In this document: piece after piece, positions 20,145-30,799 of the stretch | How positions within the stretch are numbered: position 1 is the stretch's first letter | Layout of the letters: the number at the start of each line of letters is the position of its first letter | DNA from: a virus | Strand: one strand, 5' to 3' | Virus record (IMG/VR): IMGVR_UViG_3300026445_000027 | Coordinates: 64,001-128,000 of that record | DNA length: 64,000 bases | The notes under the pieces: generated by a model | What the model was told of the DNA's origin: nothing | Database searches by the model: none | Seen by the model: the letters and a program-made list of their open reading frames with translations, nothing else | Position numbers and translations under genes: made by a program

Positions 20145-21432
20145 ATTAGAATTCCTAAAGATCTGGTTAGCTAACCAGGGCTATGCTGAGAAGGCTGCTG
20201 TACAGTCAGTGATCTCGATTCAGTTCGAAGACGAGGACTCTGCTGGTGCTTTCCGTAAAGTCCCTTGGGCTGTCTGGGTTGAAGGCGGTGTGTATAAATG
20301 CCACATTGATGGTTCGGATGTAACCATTGATGGTAAGGTAGATCGTCCGTTGTTTGTTAACGACGATTACATCGATCTGCCTGGCGACTTCCATCCGGTA
20401 CTACGTGGAGCTAAGACCGACACTACCTTCGGTCTGTTGCTGTTCAACATCATCCTGTTCTGGGAAGTGTTCGGTACCAAGGTGCCTTACGTTAACGAGG
20501 AGTTTACTCCTAAGCTTATCCAAGGGTTTTTGTCTGACCTGATGGTAGACAACCCCAAGGAAGGTGAGCAGGTGCCTGAGGGTAAAGCCTCGGTAGATGA
20601 CTGCATGAAGTTTACCCGCCACTGTAACTTCCTGGAAGGTCTGGGTACCTACTTCGTGAGGCCTGGTGGGATTGAGATGCTCACCATCAGTCCTGCTATC
20701 CTCAAGCGTAAAGACGAGCTGATGGCTAAGCTGAAAGCCGACGGCAAAATGAACGACCCAGTAGCTGTAACTAAGGCTATTGATGAGCTCGTCAAAATGG
20801 ACCGTGAGGAGATCATGAACGGTCCTGGGGCTACGTTTATCATTAACGATGGCTTCATCAGTAACGCCCGTAAACGTATGTTCATCGCCTTTGGTATTGA
20901 ACCTAAAGGTGACGGTTGGGTGTTCCTCAACATGTCCCTGGATGAGGGCATGGATCCAGATGAGATCGTGGCGTATATCAACACAGCTATTGCTGGTTCG
21001 TATAGCCGTTCGAAATCTACTGGTGAAGGCGGTGCACAGGTTAAAGAGGTACTGAAACTCGTAGGTCGCCGTAAGGTAGATCTGGCTGACTGCGGCACTA
21101 CTGTTGGTGAGCCAATCCAGATGCATGAACTTACTGCTCAGAAATGGGCTGGTAGCTTCTACATTGTTAATGGTAAGACCGAACAGTTAACCAAAGAGGT
21201 GGCACTGGCTAGCTTCGGCAAACGTCTGGTTATTCGTACCCCTAATGGTTGCCGTAACCCTGAGGGTAACTACTGCGCTACTTGCTGTGGTACTGGCTTG
21301 GGTAAACTGGCCACTCGTCTGTCTGCTGAGGTCGTACGTATCCCTACCAACATGATGCTGGGGCGCATGAAAGCTGCTCACGTGGCTGGTGGTAAGACTA
21401 CTCGGCTAAACCTGGCTACTGCGATCAAATAA
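20137..21432 (+). CDS. Virion RNA polymerase beta'-like subunit (phiKZ gp80-like)
   Basis: Bridge-helix-like SRSKSTGEGG, DCGT, and C...CATCCG Zn site of the beta' C-terminal region. Confidence 0.75.
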   Translation: MTKLEFLKIWLANQGYAEKAAVQSVISIQFEDEDSAGAFRKVPWAVWVEGGVYKCHIDGSDVTIDGKVDRPLFVNDDYIDLPGDFHPVLRGAKTDTTFGLLLFNIILFWEVFGTKVPYVNEEFTPKLIQGFLSDLMVDNPKEGEQVPEGKASVDDCMKFTRHCNFLEGLGTYFVRPGGIEMLTISPAILKRKDELMAKLKADGKMNDPVAVTKAIDELVKMDREEIMNGPGATFIINDGFISNARKRMFIAFGIEPKGDGWVFLNMSLDEGMDPDEIVAYINTAIAGSYSRSKSTGEGGAQVKEVLKLVGRRKVDLADCGTTVGEPIQMHELTAQKWAGSFYIVNGKTEQLTKEVALASFGKRLVIRTPNGCRNPEGNYCATCCGTGLGKLATRLSAEVVRIPTNMMLGRMKAAHVAGGKTTRLNLATAIK

Positions 21433-21449
21433 CAAAAAATAAACCTTAC

Positions 21450-21481
21450 CTACTCCTAGTCCCTTGCGGGACTAGGAGTAG
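21450..21481 (-). terminator. 14-bp hairpin with minus-strand U-tract
   Basis: ctactcctagtccc-ttgc-gggactaggagtag preceded by aaaaaataaa. Confidence 0.75.
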
Positions 21482-21489
21482 TGCAGGAA

Positions 21490-22092
21490 TTAACTACGCT
21501 GATTGAACAAAGCGTTCTGGAACGACAGCTTGCTCGGGTCAAACAATGCCTTGAGTTCTGCAACTCCAGGATCTTGGTCAAATATCAAATCAGCCAAACT
21601 GACTGGTCTGGTATCTGGGATGTCCTTAGGCATAACACAAAACGCGATACGGTCAGGCAAATGGAGTGCATTAAAACGGAACCCCTTTGCTATCTGTGGA
21701 TCTTGGAATACTTCATCCAGCGAATGAATCTCACCAGGATCGTTAAACTCTTCAATGGAGATAATCGCGATACCTAGTTTGTCTGCGATCTGTTCGTGGG
21801 CGTCGGAGTTGAACCCGTACTCTTTCTCGTCGAGGAAGATCCCACATTCTTCATTGAGTTGCTTATTGATATCCAGCAGATAATCAATGGACAAATCATA
21901 CTGACAGACGTCATCGGGTTGTTCGAGGTCACAATCATCCATGGTCTCGAACGTACCTATTTTGCCTACCCGCAAGACTGACAGTATGGAATAGATCGCC
22001 TCCAACACCAGGAAGCCCATAAAGGACTCACTGGCATCGGAATAGAGCTCGTCCCTAGTCTCTGGATCCAGGCGTATTATGAAGTTGTGCAT
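21490..22092 (-). CDS. Acidic hypothetical protein
   Basis: 200 aa, operonic. Confidence 0.6.
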   Translation of the reverse strand: MHNFIIRLDPETRDELYSDASESFMGFLVLEAIYSILSVLRVGKIGTFETMDDCDLEQPDDVCQYDLSIDYLLDINKQLNEECGIFLDEKEYGFNSDAHEQIADKLGIAIISIEEFNDPGEIHSLDEVFQDPQIAKGFRFNALHLPDRIAFCVMPKDIPDTRPVSLADLIFDQDPGVAELKALFDPSKLSFQNALFNQRS

Positions 22093-22095
22093 TCA

Positions 22096-22500
22096 TCATG
22101 ATCCTTCACTCAATGTGATGATCAGTTGCAGACCCATGTTGGTCAGACCATTGATCGTGAACGGTTTACCCTTGTACGGCACCAGGGTGTGCAAAGCTTC
22201 CTGGAACTTAGGGGTCTGTTCATACATGGCAAACGAGTTGTACAACTCTTGGGCTTCCAGCGAGTAGAAGTTGTTGAGCTGGTCAACAGTCTGCATGGTG
22301 ATCGGTGGAGTGATATACTGCTCTACCAGGGTACGTGCGATGTTGTCAAACGGAATCCCGGTCATCATGGAGCGCACACGGTGCTCCAAGAGTTTCTGGA
22401 CGAGGAAATAGTTGCGGAGTTCCTCGATACCTGGAGTGGCAATGAACAGGGTACCGTATTCCGGAATAATGGAGCGGGCGATAGGGCTGGTGGTGGTCAT
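22096..22500 (-). CDS. Hypothetical protein
   Basis: 134 aa, GAGG RBS, ATGA coupling. Confidence 0.65.
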   Translation of the reverse strand: MTTTSPIARSIIPEYGTLFIATPGIEELRNYFLVQKLLEHRVRSMMTGIPFDNIARTLVEQYITPPITMQTVDQLNNFYSLEAQELYNSFAMYEQTPKFQEALHTLVPYKGKPFTINGLTNMGLQLIITLSEGS

Positions 22501-22967
22501 GCTTGTAATCCTCGGATAGCCACGGCAATGTGGGTTGCGTGTATTTGAACAGTGACACTCTTTATGACAACTGCTTCATATAGAGCGTCGATAGCCTCCC
22601 TGTTTAACGTCACTACTTCCTCAAAGAACGTCCCGATAGCCTCACAGAGTAAAGCTATCGTTCGATCAGGATCGTGTTGGTACCGTTCCAGATCTGCACG
22701 CCCGGCGCTGCCCATAATGAAGGGCATTTGTTCTAGCTCGTAGATGTAATCCTTGAGCTTGGTGTAATACCAGGTATCGTCATTGGCTTCATCCGGATCA
22801 GCGTAAGCTAATATGAACGACTCCAGACTGTCCGTGAGTGTTTGTAATACAAGGTCGCTATAACCGCTTAATCCTTCCGGCGTTGGCAGGATAAGGCTAA
22901 ACGACCCTTCTGGATTTAGTAGACTAGGCATGATCAACCTATTCTTTTTCCATTGTTCGTCGCTCAT
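22497..22967 (-). CDS. Hypothetical protein
   Basis: 156 aa, operonic after the helicase. Confidence 0.65.
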   Translation of the reverse strand: MSDEQWKKNRLIMPSLLNPEGSFSLILPTPEGLSGYSDLVLQTLTDSLESFILAYADPDEANDDTWYYTKLKDYIYELEQMPFIMGSAGRADLERYQHDPDRTIALLCEAIGTFFEEVVTLNREAIDALYEAVVIKSVTVQIHATHIAVAIRGLQA

Positions 22968-22997
22968 GACAGAGCCTTAATAAGGTACAACGCGCTA

Positions 22998-24533
22998 CTA
23001 TTGCAGCGCGAGACCCGATGTAATTGTTTTCCACGACTTCTGCTTGGGAGCAAAAGCCAGCTTACGTTTATGGTAGCAATCGCCATGCTTAGCGATATCC
23101 ACACATACGGGGAATATGAAACGTGGAGTGATCCGACCACCGAACTTACCTAACAGGTTACGCAGGCGGCCAATCATTTGTTTGTTACGTTGTATAGAGA
23201 ACACAGTGTGGAAAGATATACAAGTAATAGCACCAGGGATATCTTTACCAGTACCGCAACTACCTGGAGTGGTTACCAGGTTCTCGTGCTCTAAATACTT
23301 CTTAGGTGTTTTCTTGTCCAGGGTACCCAAGAACGTATCAAAGTCTGCACCAGGATACTTTTCCCTGAACTTTTCCTTCATTACTAAGCACATCTCGATC
23401 AGAGTAAAGAAGAAGATACATTTAGTTCCCTCCTCCTTAGCGTCGAGGTAGTAGCGTTGATAAATGTCATCTGCCAACTGGAAGTAGAAGTCTGTTGCCT
23501 CCTTACTTCGCAAGATGGACTTTTCCAATGCAATGTCGTTGTAAGTACCGCCCTGCATTGTCTGGATTTTGTACTTACGTATATCCATTTGGTAGAGATA
23601 CGCAAAGATGTCGATGTAGTTCTCAGGCTCTGCCTCTTTAAGCCTGGTCTCTTTAGGCGCCATCGCCTGATACATTTTGTTGAGGAACGGATCGTCCCCT
23701 TTCATAGTAGCAGACAGCATGAACGTCTTGGCCACGTTGCCGTAGAACATCGACAATGTAACTTCGTGGAACGACTCGTGTGCTTCGTCGATAATACGCA
23801 ACCCAGGGTTGATATTAGCGATGATCTCGTCCAGGCAAGGTAAGTTACCATTCTTGCGACGGGAACGCATATACGTGCTTATACGAGTCGTAGGGAGGAT
23901 AATGATCTTAGGATCGATCTTACCTTCCTTACAGAGCTCACCCAACCTAGGCAGGTCAGTGTACTCCCAAACCAATACATCTTTCGGCGAGATATTGAAC
24001 ATCTCTGCCAAGTCTTTCTGCCAGATGGGAATGTAACGTGGTTGGATAGTAATGATCGTCCGCTTCTGCATCAACATCATGCAGTACAGAGCCATGTACG
24101 TCTTACCTAGACCCGTGGAGGCTTCGTTTACTTTGAGGGCCCCAGGACCCATTTTGTATTCGATCCACTCCTTCTGGTTTTCGCGTGGTGTGTTGTATTT
24201 CTCCTTAATACTAAATTCAGCATGCGCTCCTTCAATGACTGGTTCGTCTTTGACTTGGATACGAGCACGGTTGAAGCCCTGCGACGCAGCTAAGCGTAAC
24301 AGGGGCTCCAATACCGACTTAGGCATGCGGTACTCAGAACGGTCATTGCTAGTGCGGGCAAACACATGTGTGGGCACCCAGCGTTTCTTGCGTGTACCAG
24401 GGATTGGTTCTTGACCGTACTTCGTTAACTCCATTTTGCAGTACTTACGCAGTACTAAGTTCTCGAAACCATCTCCGAAATCAAATATGCGTATGTAGTT
24501 ATTAGCGACGCTTATCGTAGCAACGGAACGCAT
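22998..24533 (-). CDS. SF2 (UvsW-like) helicase (phiKZ gp75-like)
   Basis: ASTGLGKT, DEAH, SAT and QMIGRLR motifs. Confidence 0.85.
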   Translation of the reverse strand: MRSVATISVANNYIRIFDFGDGFENLVLRKYCKMELTKYGQEPIPGTRKKRWVPTHVFARTSNDRSEYRMPKSVLEPLLRLAASQGFNRARIQVKDEPVIEGAHAEFSIKEKYNTPRENQKEWIEYKMGPGALKVNEASTGLGKTYMALYCMMLMQKRTIITIQPRYIPIWQKDLAEMFNISPKDVLVWEYTDLPRLGELCKEGKIDPKIIILPTTRISTYMRSRRKNGNLPCLDEIIANINPGLRIIDEAHESFHEVTLSMFYGNVAKTFMLSATMKGDDPFLNKMYQAMAPKETRLKEAEPENYIDIFAYLYQMDIRKYKIQTMQGGTYNDIALEKSILRSKEATDFYFQLADDIYQRYYLDAKEEGTKCIFFFTLIEMCLVMKEKFREKYPGADFDTFLGTLDKKTPKKYLEHENLVTTPGSCGTGKDIPGAITCISFHTVFSIQRNKQMIGRLRNLLGKFGGRITPRFIFPVCVDIAKHGDCYHKRKLAFAPKQKSWKTITSGLALQ

Positions 24534-24550
24534 CTAATACCTCTAATACG

Positions 24551-24576
24551 GTAGGGGAGGGGTGACCCTCCCTTAC
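24551..24576. terminator. Intergenic hairpin
   Basis: gtaggggaggg-gtga-ccctcccttac. Confidence 0.5.
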
Positions 24577-24589
24577 GGGAGGTACCCTT

Positions 24590-26602
24590 TTACGACACCG
24601 CGTGTTGGAAGTAGGTCTCCAGCGGACTTGGTTGCCTGTCTTTAACCAGGAAGGTTTTGATGTTGGACAATACCCCTTGTTGGCCTTCCGCGATCATCAG
24701 ACCGCCTGCGCCTCGGTTCTTGACACACACCATAAAGTTCTCAAAGTACTTAGGACCACTACCCAAGGCTAACTTATACGACAAGTTAGCAGGGTCTTTA
24801 CACAGCAACGATGCGAGCATAGACTCCGCATGTACGATGTTGATACCCTTGGTTTCTTGGTTGATCAGGGTCCAGAATTCACCGAGTACCTCGCCAAAGA
24901 TCTTCGGTGTAACTGGTTGTGACTTCCAGGCACTGTTACGTTTATTGAACGTCATGAAGTTCTCTACACGCCCACGGTGGGCATCCAGGGATTCACGAGT
25001 AAACGGCAGTACAAAGATTGCGTCTTCCCAGTTCCAGTCTTTGAGGTCCACTGCGATATGCTTCTTGTCCATGATCTCCCAGCCTTTCTCCAAGAGGTAC
25101 TGGAGGAAGCCCAAAGAGAACCTGGATGTACGCGACGCTACCGAGGTTTGCGCCGAGTGCTGCTGAATGGTCTTACCACCGACCATCACGTCTTCGATCT
25201 CATACTGGAAGGTTACGTCAGTCAAGTACGGAAGTTTATCCATACTGACCTCATCCAATACGTCCAGCGACCGTAGGTCAGACAGATCCCGTTGGATCGA
25301 CGACTTCAGGATCAGACGAGTACCGTCAACACACATCTCTGGCTTCAAGAAGATCTCGTTGCCGTTCGAGGTAAAGATCTGACGGTCACGTGCTGCCACA
25401 TCAAAGCGACGGGTTACAGCGTTACGGATAAAGTGCTTGGTCGACAGCATTTTCTGACCAAGCGGGTTACAGATGGTAGTTGCAGCGAACATACCAATGT
25501 TGGCATCACGTCGCATCATTGCGTTGTAAGGGATCGAAGCTTTCATGGCTCCGTAGCACTTACCACACACCATACCGTCTTGACCGGCGTTACAGAATGC
25601 AATACTGCGGAATGCAACTGTCTCACCAGCCTTGATTTTCTTGACGGTCTTGTGGTCGATCAGCTCCAGTGTGCCGTCATCCAACATCCGGTGCTTACCG
25701 AGCAACGCTACAGCCATCTCGGTTGTAGACACACGGATCTCTGCCAGGTCTTGCGACCCACAGTCATACGTGTGCAGGATACCTTGCAGTACCGCTGTTG
25801 CCAGGTGAGTCTTACGGTGGAACCACTCGGAGTCTTTCAGGCCACGACCGTTAGAGATCAACGACATGCCCGAGGACTTACCGTCACCAAGCACGTCTAC
25901 CTGGTTAGTGATGCCTTCCCCGTAGTTGGAGTAGATGACGTTAGGCAGGATGACGTTGGGTAGGTCAAATACCGCACCACGTGCAATCGCCAGCTGATAA
26001 GCCTGGTTGATCGACACCCCACCGGTACGCGCCATCAGCGCCACGATATTTTCTTTCAGCGAGTCGTCGTTCCGTACGTAATGACTGAACAGTTCCTCGC
26101 CTTCGTCCACTGTTACTTCATTCGCGTGGACTTTCCGACGAATCTCACAAATACCTGGGTTAAGCATGAACTCATCAACAGACTCTGCCGTCGCAGAGAT
26201 AATCGACCGTTCCGACATCACGGTGATCATGTTGTTGAGCTTAGCTTGCCACGAGTGGATCAACCGCTTGATTGCATCCATCTCGAGTGGATCATCGATC
26301 AATGGACCGATAATACCCAGGATATGATCCAGAGGGATTTTCAACACCTTGTCATTATAGACAATGTTGCGGTGCTTCTCCTCACGAATCGACGGGATCA
26401 GTTCGTCGACTGTGTAAGGAATCTCTGGATACCGACGGTGGACGTTCATCCCTTGCCACGACAGCATCATTGCATATGCGTCGGACTTTACCGTTTTGCC
26501 ATTGTCATCAGTTACATCGATAGCTTTACGGTGATTCCTGAAACGAAGTACATCCATCTCAGTAAGGTTGGCGAAATCCCGTAGATTAACATGCATTCCC
26601 AT
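24590..26602 (-). CDS. Non-virion RNAP beta'-like C-terminal subunit (gp74-like)
   Basis: Bridge helix KDSEWFHRK, DCGS, VCGKCYG Zn site, trigger loop LGQKMLSTKH. Confidence 0.85.
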   Translation of the reverse strand: MGMHVNLRDFANLTEMDVLRFRNHRKAIDVTDDNGKTVKSDAYAMMLSWQGMNVHRRYPEIPYTVDELIPSIREEKHRNIVYNDKVLKIPLDHILGIIGPLIDDPLEMDAIKRLIHSWQAKLNNMITVMSERSIISATAESVDEFMLNPGICEIRRKVHANEVTVDEGEELFSHYVRNDDSLKENIVALMARTGGVSINQAYQLAIARGAVFDLPNVILPNVIYSNYGEGITNQVDVLGDGKSSGMSLISNGRGLKDSEWFHRKTHLATAVLQGILHTYDCGSQDLAEIRVSTTEMAVALLGKHRMLDDGTLELIDHKTVKKIKAGETVAFRSIAFCNAGQDGMVCGKCYGAMKASIPYNAMMRRDANIGMFAATTICNPLGQKMLSTKHFIRNAVTRRFDVAARDRQIFTSNGNEIFLKPEMCVDGTRLILKSSIQRDLSDLRSLDVLDEVSMDKLPYLTDVTFQYEIEDVMVGGKTIQQHSAQTSVASRTSRFSLGFLQYLLEKGWEIMDKKHIAVDLKDWNWEDAIFVLPFTRESLDAHRGRVENFMTFNKRNSAWKSQPVTPKIFGEVLGEFWTLINQETKGINIVHAESMLASLLCKDPANLSYKLALGSGPKYFENFMVCVKNRGAGGLMIAEGQQGVLSNIKTFLVKDRQPSPLETYFQHAVS

Positions 26603-26613
26603 ACGGGGGCTCC

Positions 26614-28821
26614 TTAAGTGTTAGGTTGTTCGTCGGCACGTTGGAGCATTTCTTCCAGTACCTGATCCTTGATCATGTTACTCGCATTAACGTCGAAGAC
26701 ATCCAGCGAACGGTCAGAAGCCAGTTCTTCACGCAGTGCATAACCAGAGTCAGACATCATACTCGCTGACATCTGTACCGCCACGTTCATATCGTACTCA
26801 TCCGGCTTGACGATGTAATCAATGTCAAACGGATCATCTGCCCGCAAGATACGACGGGTAGCACGAGTACGCAACTCCGGAGAGTTTGCCAACGCCAGGT
26901 TCTTGTTGATCTCTTGCGGACCAGACTGGCTGTTGGTCAGACGCGCTTCGGTTTCACCTTTGTTACGGTTCGGCTTGTTCTGCAGGATATCCGAATACTT
27001 GTGCATGTCATTCGGCTTAGTCGGCATACCGTAGATGTTCGACAACGGTAGAGACTGTGCAGACATATCAGTACCAAACTTATCCAGCAACATGAAGTGC
27101 TGGTTGGTAATGAGTACCGGTTGGTCAGACATCACTTCCTCATTGAGTGAGTCTGTAAAGATAATGCGTTCTGGTTTGTAGCTATATACCTCGCGCAATG
27201 CGCGGATGATCGCTACGCCATACAGTTTAGTGTCGGATACTACTTCAACACTGATCTGTGTCTTGCAGACGTGGTCAACGAACTCTTCGATGACCGCCGG
27301 GTCAATGATTGCATCCCGTACCAGGTCCCCGAACTCTGGGAAACCTGTGTCGAAGAACTCTTGCAGCTTGAGGAATGCTTCGCCGTAGTTACCAACTTTA
27401 CGCAGCTTGATGACATCTTGCTGCAGGCGCATGCTGATAAAGTTGACCGACTGCTCCAGCAACATCGAGAAAATCTGACGACGGAATGCTGGGATGTTGT
27501 TTACCACGATGTCGGCAATGGTCCCGTCTGCATAACGAGGCGCCATATGACGTGGGATGATCCGAACGATTACCCCTTTGTCACCGTTCATACCGGTCAT
27601 CTTGAACTTGACACGACCTGGAACCATTTCACGCAAGGTGATGTTGATATTCCAGTCTTTCAGTTTAACGCGCTTGTACCCACGGAACAGTGGGTTGATT
27701 TTACCCATGACACTACGGGTATAGTTGGCAAATGCAAAGCGCACGAAAGTGTCAAGTGTGTTGGACACCGGAATGTCTACACCGGCGTTAGTCGACAGCT
27801 TATTATGGTACCAACGGATTACCGCGTTCCACATGTCGTTCTGACGGCGCTCATACCGATCCAACTGTTTGGTATGAGTCTGCTCGATGTAATCAGTAGA
27901 CCGATTGTTACTACGGTCTTTCATACGCTCACTGATTACTTCTACCGCCATTACTTCCGAGTTAATCGGTGCGCGGAACAGAACGTCGTGGTTAAGGTCT
28001 GGCGTACGCAGTGCCTTCTTGGTCAACGTGGTAAGTGCGGTCTTGCTATTGCGCTTACGGAAGCCCATCACGATGCCGTCAGGACGGATACGCTCACCAG
28101 ACTCTGGCAGCACCTTCGGGTTCTCGTCAGTACCGTTCAACAGCAGCGGTACGTACTCGTCCTCATTATAACTGAAGCCACGAGTGTGCTTGAACATGCA
28201 CTTGAGCTTTTCAGTTGCAGCCCAGTCGGTGATCGCAATACCGTCCTCCTCGTTGTAGTGGAAGCTACCAGCACAAACCTTGAGGTTCATACCGAACATC
28301 CACTCACCGGTCTTACTGACCCGAGGTGACTGACCGAAAATAGTACCCTTGGCAAATCGTGCACCTTTCTCGATCCGTGCCATTACCGCTGGATCGTAAA
28401 CGTACTCGAAGCCGATATAAGTGTTCTGTGTGTTGTACTTAGGCAACTCCAGAATGTCATAAGCGTTAAGCTCATCGTTCTTAAACAGCAACCACATCGA
28501 ACTCCACTTGTCAGTGATCTCCCCACCTGGGTTAGGACTATGTACGTAGAAAACTTCTTCTACGATCATGTTAGATGGCGCTTCAATGCGACGAGCGCCT
28601 TCCGAGTAATTGTACTCAGCCCCCGAAATCAGTGCGCGCTCACTACGACCGTTGGTATCCACCGACTTCGGAATCATGTTACCGACCATGTACATACGAG
28701 TCGGAGAAGATACCCACGGGAACACTACCAGGTTAATACCAACCCCTTGTAACTCGGGGATCATTTCGTTTTCACGCCAAAGGTATTGATACTTAGCCTG
28801 GCTTAGATCTATCTTACCCAT
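26614..28821 (-). CDS. Non-virion RNAP beta-like C-terminal subunit (gp71-73-like)
   Basis: YNEEDG and KMTGMNGDKGVI (equivalent to GDK..GRHGNKGV). Confidence 0.85.
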   Translation of the reverse strand: MGKIDLSQAKYQYLWRENEMIPELQGVGINLVVFPWVSSPTRMYMVGNMIPKSVDTNGRSERALISGAEYNYSEGARRIEAPSNMIVEEVFYVHSPNPGGEITDKWSSMWLLFKNDELNAYDILELPKYNTQNTYIGFEYVYDPAVMARIEKGARFAKGTIFGQSPRVSKTGEWMFGMNLKVCAGSFHYNEEDGIAITDWAATEKLKCMFKHTRGFSYNEDEYVPLLLNGTDENPKVLPESGERIRPDGIVMGFRKRNSKTALTTLTKKALRTPDLNHDVLFRAPINSEVMAVEVISERMKDRSNNRSTDYIEQTHTKQLDRYERRQNDMWNAVIRWYHNKLSTNAGVDIPVSNTLDTFVRFAFANYTRSVMGKINPLFRGYKRVKLKDWNINITLREMVPGRVKFKMTGMNGDKGVIVRIIPRHMAPRYADGTIADIVVNNIPAFRRQIFSMLLEQSVNFISMRLQQDVIKLRKVGNYGEAFLKLQEFFDTGFPEFGDLVRDAIIDPAVIEEFVDHVCKTQISVEVVSDTKLYGVAIIRALREVYSYKPERIIFTDSLNEEVMSDQPVLITNQHFMLLDKFGTDMSAQSLPLSNIYGMPTKPNDMHKYSDILQNKPNRNKGETEARLTNSQSGPQEINKNLALANSPELRTRATRRILRADDPFDIDYIVKPDEYDMNVAVQMSASMMSDSGYALREELASDRSLDVFDVNASNMIKDQVLEEMLQRADEQPNT

Positions 28822-28857
28822 CAGTTTACTCCAATTACTATTACCATCTACATTCAG

Positions 28858-28874
28858 ATGATATAGGTTCGAGA
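28858..28874 (-). promoter_or_regulatory. Putative early (vRNAP) promoter
   Basis: TCTCGAACCTATATCAT, a variant of the TATATTAC-type motif. Confidence 0.5.
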
Positions 28875-28909
28875 TTATTTATCACCCCTTCGCACAAGAG
28901 GTATGTTCC

Positions 28910-29239
28910 ATGCCCATTGGTGGTCTTAACGTTAACGCAACCAAGGATATCTTTTACACCGACAGATACAAAATCATGGTGCGTTCCTTGAAAGAAGTCT
29001 TGCTAAAACAAGCACAGGCTTTACCAATCCCCAACCCGAATGATCGTTATGCATATCGGTATGACTTTTATCGACTGCTACGTGAACTCGGGGTTGAATC
29101 CCATCTGCATTGGACCGTCGCGTTCCTAAACGACGTGACCGACCCATTTGCTGATAATAGTAAAAAGATAGAAATACTGAACATCAATGAATCAGTAATT
29201 CTCTCCGCAATATCCCGAAGTAATACGCGTCGAGGTTAA
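28910..29239 (+). CDS. Small LysM-like/T4 gp53-like baseplate protein
   Basis: YRYDFYRLL...HWTVAFLNDVTDP pattern; GAGG RBS. Confidence 0.5.
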   Translation: MPIGGLNVNATKDIFYTDRYKIMVRSLKEVLLKQAQALPIPNPNDRYAYRYDFYRLLRELGVESHLHWTVAFLNDVTDPFADNSKKIEILNINESVILSAISRSNTRRG

Positions 29240-29253
29240 AAAATAACTGTAAG

Positions 29254-29285
29254 CTAGTACCTCCGGCGTTAGCCGGAGGTACTAG
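29254..29285. terminator. 14-bp hairpin between convergent genes
   Basis: ctagtacctccggc-gtta-gccggaggtactag. Confidence 0.75.
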
Positions 29286-29298
29286 TATTACGGGGCTT

Positions 29299-30786
29299 TT
29301 ACCAGGTGAAGTTAGCGTTGTTGTTATCTACGACAACGCTCGACTGACCGGCAGTTGTTGCTACAGTTGGAACCTGGATACCAGACATTGCTGCCAGCGC
29401 CGGGTTCATCTGCATCATGGCCAGCATAGCTGGGTTCATCATTGCAGACATCGGGTTACCCAGTGCTGCCAACGCGCCCATGCCTGGAGTAGGCATGCCC
29501 GGAATACCGCCCGGGAAGGCACCTTGGTTTTCCACACGCTGCAAGAACGTACCAGACTTGGTGCAGTAGTAGATCACTGCTGCGTTGGTCAGGGTGTTGA
29601 TTGCATGGTGGATCACTTGGTTGGAACCGAAGTCGATCTCGTATTTCAGCCAACGGTCACCACTCGCCATTGGTGGCGGAGTTACGTTGAATCCAGCGAG
29701 CACAGTACCAGCCATTGGCTGAGCGATCTGCGATTGCTGGATCAGCTGCGCTTGTTGGTTTTGTGGCAGTACCGCTACCTGTTGACCAGCACCAGAAGAG
29801 TTCACCGACAGAATACCACCGAGAGCACCCAGGTTCGAGTTAGCAGCAGACTCGTCTTGGGTGTTGTTGGTGTTGTAATCCATCGCCGGTACTTGTCGAT
29901 AGATGTCAGGCAGCTCTTCCAGTTGTTCGGTCCAGCTGAGATCGATCGCGTAGATGCCGAGCTTGTTGAAGTCCGCGCGGAACAAGTTCTGGATGCGGTT
30001 CATCTGTTCGGCTACTTGCTCGTAGCAACCACAGAAGGCAATCAGACGCGAAGCTACCGAAGTAGTGGACTCGCTGCTGATGCTATCAGGATCTACCACA
30101 CCAGGGATGATCGAACGGAACAGATGCGCCATCAGCTTGAGCGCTGCACGCGAGATCGAACGACCATTGAGCTCTACAGACTGGTTATCGGATTCACCTT
30201 CCGACTGTGCCAGACGCTTGACGATCTCGTTGTAGATCGGGAACGACGGTTTGGCCTTGTAGTACACGCGCTCGCCGCTACCGCTGGACGACCGACCCTG
30301 AGCACGCGACACCTTGATGTGGATGAAACGGTTGTCGTGGCCCTTGTCATCAACTTCCACCTGGAAGCGTTCCATCAGATCCTTGATCTCTTGGATCACG
30401 GTCTTCTTGACACCGCGCAGTGGCTCGATGATATCCAGGGTGTTCTGTTTCCAGCTGGATTTCTCTTTACCAGTACCAGCGACACCCAACAGTACGATCG
30501 GGTATTTCTTGAACAGTTCCAGCAGGTGGATCACTGCCATACGACGAATGATCTTGAAGACTTCAGTCTCCTTGCTGACGATGTTCTCACACGCTGGGTG
30601 GAAGAACACTTTGTCCATGGTGTCCTTGGAGTCCAGGACTTCCGACACCGGCAGGTAAACGGACATGTCATCGATCTTAACGTCGATTTCCTTATCACCC
30701 AGCTTAAGCACAATACGACTGTCAGGCTTGATGACACAGCCCCACGAGCACAGCATTGCTTTATACAGTTTGTTCAGATCGTTCAT
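29299..30786 (-). CDS. Conserved nucleus-block protein (phiKZ gp70-like) with low-complexity tail
   Basis: 495 aa; syntenic position; Q/M/P/G-rich C-terminus. Confidence 0.6.
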   Translation of the reverse strand: MNDLNKLYKAMLCSWGCVIKPDSRIVLKLGDKEIDVKIDDMSVYLPVSEVLDSKDTMDKVFFHPACENIVSKETEVFKIIRRMAVIHLLELFKKYPIVLLGVAGTGKEKSSWKQNTLDIIEPLRGVKKTVIQEIKDLMERFQVEVDDKGHDNRFIHIKVSRAQGRSSSGSGERVYYKAKPSFPIYNEIVKRLAQSEGESDNQSVELNGRSISRAALKLMAHLFRSIIPGVVDPDSISSESTTSVASRLIAFCGCYEQVAEQMNRIQNLFRADFNKLGIYAIDLSWTEQLEELPDIYRQVPAMDYNTNNTQDESAANSNLGALGGILSVNSSGAGQQVAVLPQNQQAQLIQQSQIAQPMAGTVLAGFNVTPPPMASGDRWLKYEIDFGSNQVIHHAINTLTNAAVIYYCTKSGTFLQRVENQGAFPGGIPGMPTPGMGALAALGNPMSAMMNPAMLAMMQMNPALAAMSGIQVPTVATTAGQSSVVVDNNNANFTW

Positions 30787-30799
30787 ATTGGTCTCTCGC

